This document shows, piece by piece, positions 62,400 through 64,000 of a stretch of 64,000 nucleotides of DNA. Under the pieces are notes generated by a model. The model saw only the letters and a list, made by a program, of their open reading frames with translations, did no database searches and had not been told where the DNA came from. A program made the position numbers and the translations under genes. How positions within the stretch are numbered: position 1 is the stretch's first letter; every line of letters starts with the position of its first letter. Location: the NCBI GenBank assembly GCA_008632985.1, contig QPGO01000071.1:62001-126000 (forward strand), read 5' to 3'. Origin of the DNA: Psammoneis japonica. Lineage: Eukaryota.

Positions 62400-64000
62400 A
62401 CCCAAGGGTGTCACAGTGACATCGGAGTTGAAGGAGCCACGTCACGGCGAACTTCTCAAAAATCGAATACTTCGATTAGATTCTGACTGCATGTACCATG
62501 TACGACACATGCTCCACTGACTAGAGCCAGGCAGCAGAGCACTTGCTGCTTGTGCTGGCACAGGAGCACAGGGCCCATTACAACCCTGTGCCACCTTAGC
62601 TACTCTGCTGGCAGCTTCTATATAAAGAGCTGCTCTCTCATGAGAGTCAAGAGAGCTGGCGCCAGACTGCAGCAAAGCCTCTCTGCACAGCCATGTGCGC
62701 TCATCTCAGGGCTCTCTGCTCTTGCTGGCACAACAGCTCATTCCCAAATGAGGTCATGAAGTTGCAATGAGTGAGTAGATTCAAAAATGTCACATCAGAA
62801 ATGACAAACTCCATGCTGGTGTGTGCCACACAGCACAACACAAAAAAAGAGCTCCTTGGTCCTCGAGCACAGCACTCACCCCCCCCCCCCCCCCCGGCCA
62901 AGACAAATGCACAAAGGGCACATCATCACATTGCGCCAACTTGTCCTTGGTGTCCTGCTTCTTCCACAACTTCATCTGTGCCCCCCCTTGTGTGAGCAGA
63001 CTGGCGGGCTGCGGCACAGATTTTCTGTTTTTGCCGCCACAAACAAGCGTCCTTCATGCTCTTTTTTGCACCACTGTCCAATTGTGCACAGCAGCCAGAG
63101 TCATGTGCAAGGGTCAAGTGCAGTGTGCTTTCATCCCAGGTGCAAAAACAATGCACAATCTGTGCAGATGTCAGATGCCATGTCTGTCCTTCTTCTGTTG
63201 TGCCATGCATTTTGTGCGAGCAATCATGGCTGCTGGCTTTCTCCCCAATTTTTTTGTTTTGCTTCTTTTCTCAGGTTTGTTTCTTGTTTTGTGAGGTGCT
63301 GCCAGCTGTCACTCTCATTGCTTGGATCTGATGTCAATGCTGCATCAAGCCAAATGCCAAGCACTGATCATCATCATCTGACATTGGAGCACATGCTTTC
63401 AGACTGTTCACATGACTTGTTCATTTTGTTGCCACCATTGCAATGTGGCTCACTTTTTTTCATGCACAAAAACACCTTTGTTGCTTCCCATCCATCCATG
63501 CTGCAAAAAGCATTTCAGCATGAGTGCAAGTGTGAGCTGTTTTGGTTGGCACAGCAAAGCCAATCACAGAGAGAGCTCAAGATTCTGGCAACTAAGTTGA
63601 TGAGGAAACGGGTGCAGATGATGAAATGGAGGCAAAGCCCTCACAACACCTTTCACAATTCAGCATTGGTGCCATCATGCAGTGGGAAAACATTGATGCT
63701 CCATGCCGCTGCAACAAAGCCATGTGTCTGCTTGTCCTGGATTGCAGGAAGGGACCCAAGCGATTCTCATCTTGATGAGTTCTTTGCTTTGACTCCATTT
63801 GATCCTTCTGCAGAAGATGCCCGCAATGAAATCTTGTCTTGCATTGCTTGGGAAAGAGGTGACAGAGAGCTGCAGAGGTTTGTTTGATTTAAGGAAAATG
63901 AAGCTGACTTTGAGGAGGTTGGCTTGGCAGGTGGCTGACAAGAAGCCAACACAATCAAGCAGTGCTTCTTGTGGATGAATCAAATGTGGCCCCATGCAAC
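62400..64000. other. Hypermutated island 6 (runs off the window)
   Basis: TpA and CpG nearly absent after about 62800; poly-C at about 62879-62895; Tyr-free Cys/His-rich ORFs. Confidence 0.9.

Noticed and set aside
63640..63720. P-loop NTPase relic (SCSGKT)
   Set aside because: Too degenerate to support without a profile search.

Overview
Gene-dense eukaryotic DNA, most likely a diatom (short GT-AG introns, signal-peptide plus transit-type N-termini, RxL/KGK-rich secreted repeat proteins). It carries about 25 genes, including frataxin, a kinase-ZnF-PP2C fusion, a PCIF1-like methyltransferase, HIS5, a MOT-family molybdate transporter, a cNMP-D-lactate dehydrogenase fusion, two tandem PhyH-like dioxygenase/GT32 fusion genes and two tandem membrane-protein genes. 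Many CDSs are split by 1-bp frameshifts, probably assembly errors. The main observation is six bounded islands (about 17.8-21.05, 32.3-33.4, 34.65-42.95, 50.62-51.95, 59.1-61.08 and 62.4-64 kb) that are almost free of TpA and mostly also of CpG. One island holds a decayed copy of a gene that is intact nearby. Manual alignment shows every TpA changed to CpA or TpG and most CpG changed to TpG or CpA. This is a region-targeted, roughly GC-neutral hypermutation pattern in the opposite direction to fungal RIP. In one sub-region the TpA loss occurs with CpG left intact. I know of no established mechanism for it. All counts are manual and approximate.
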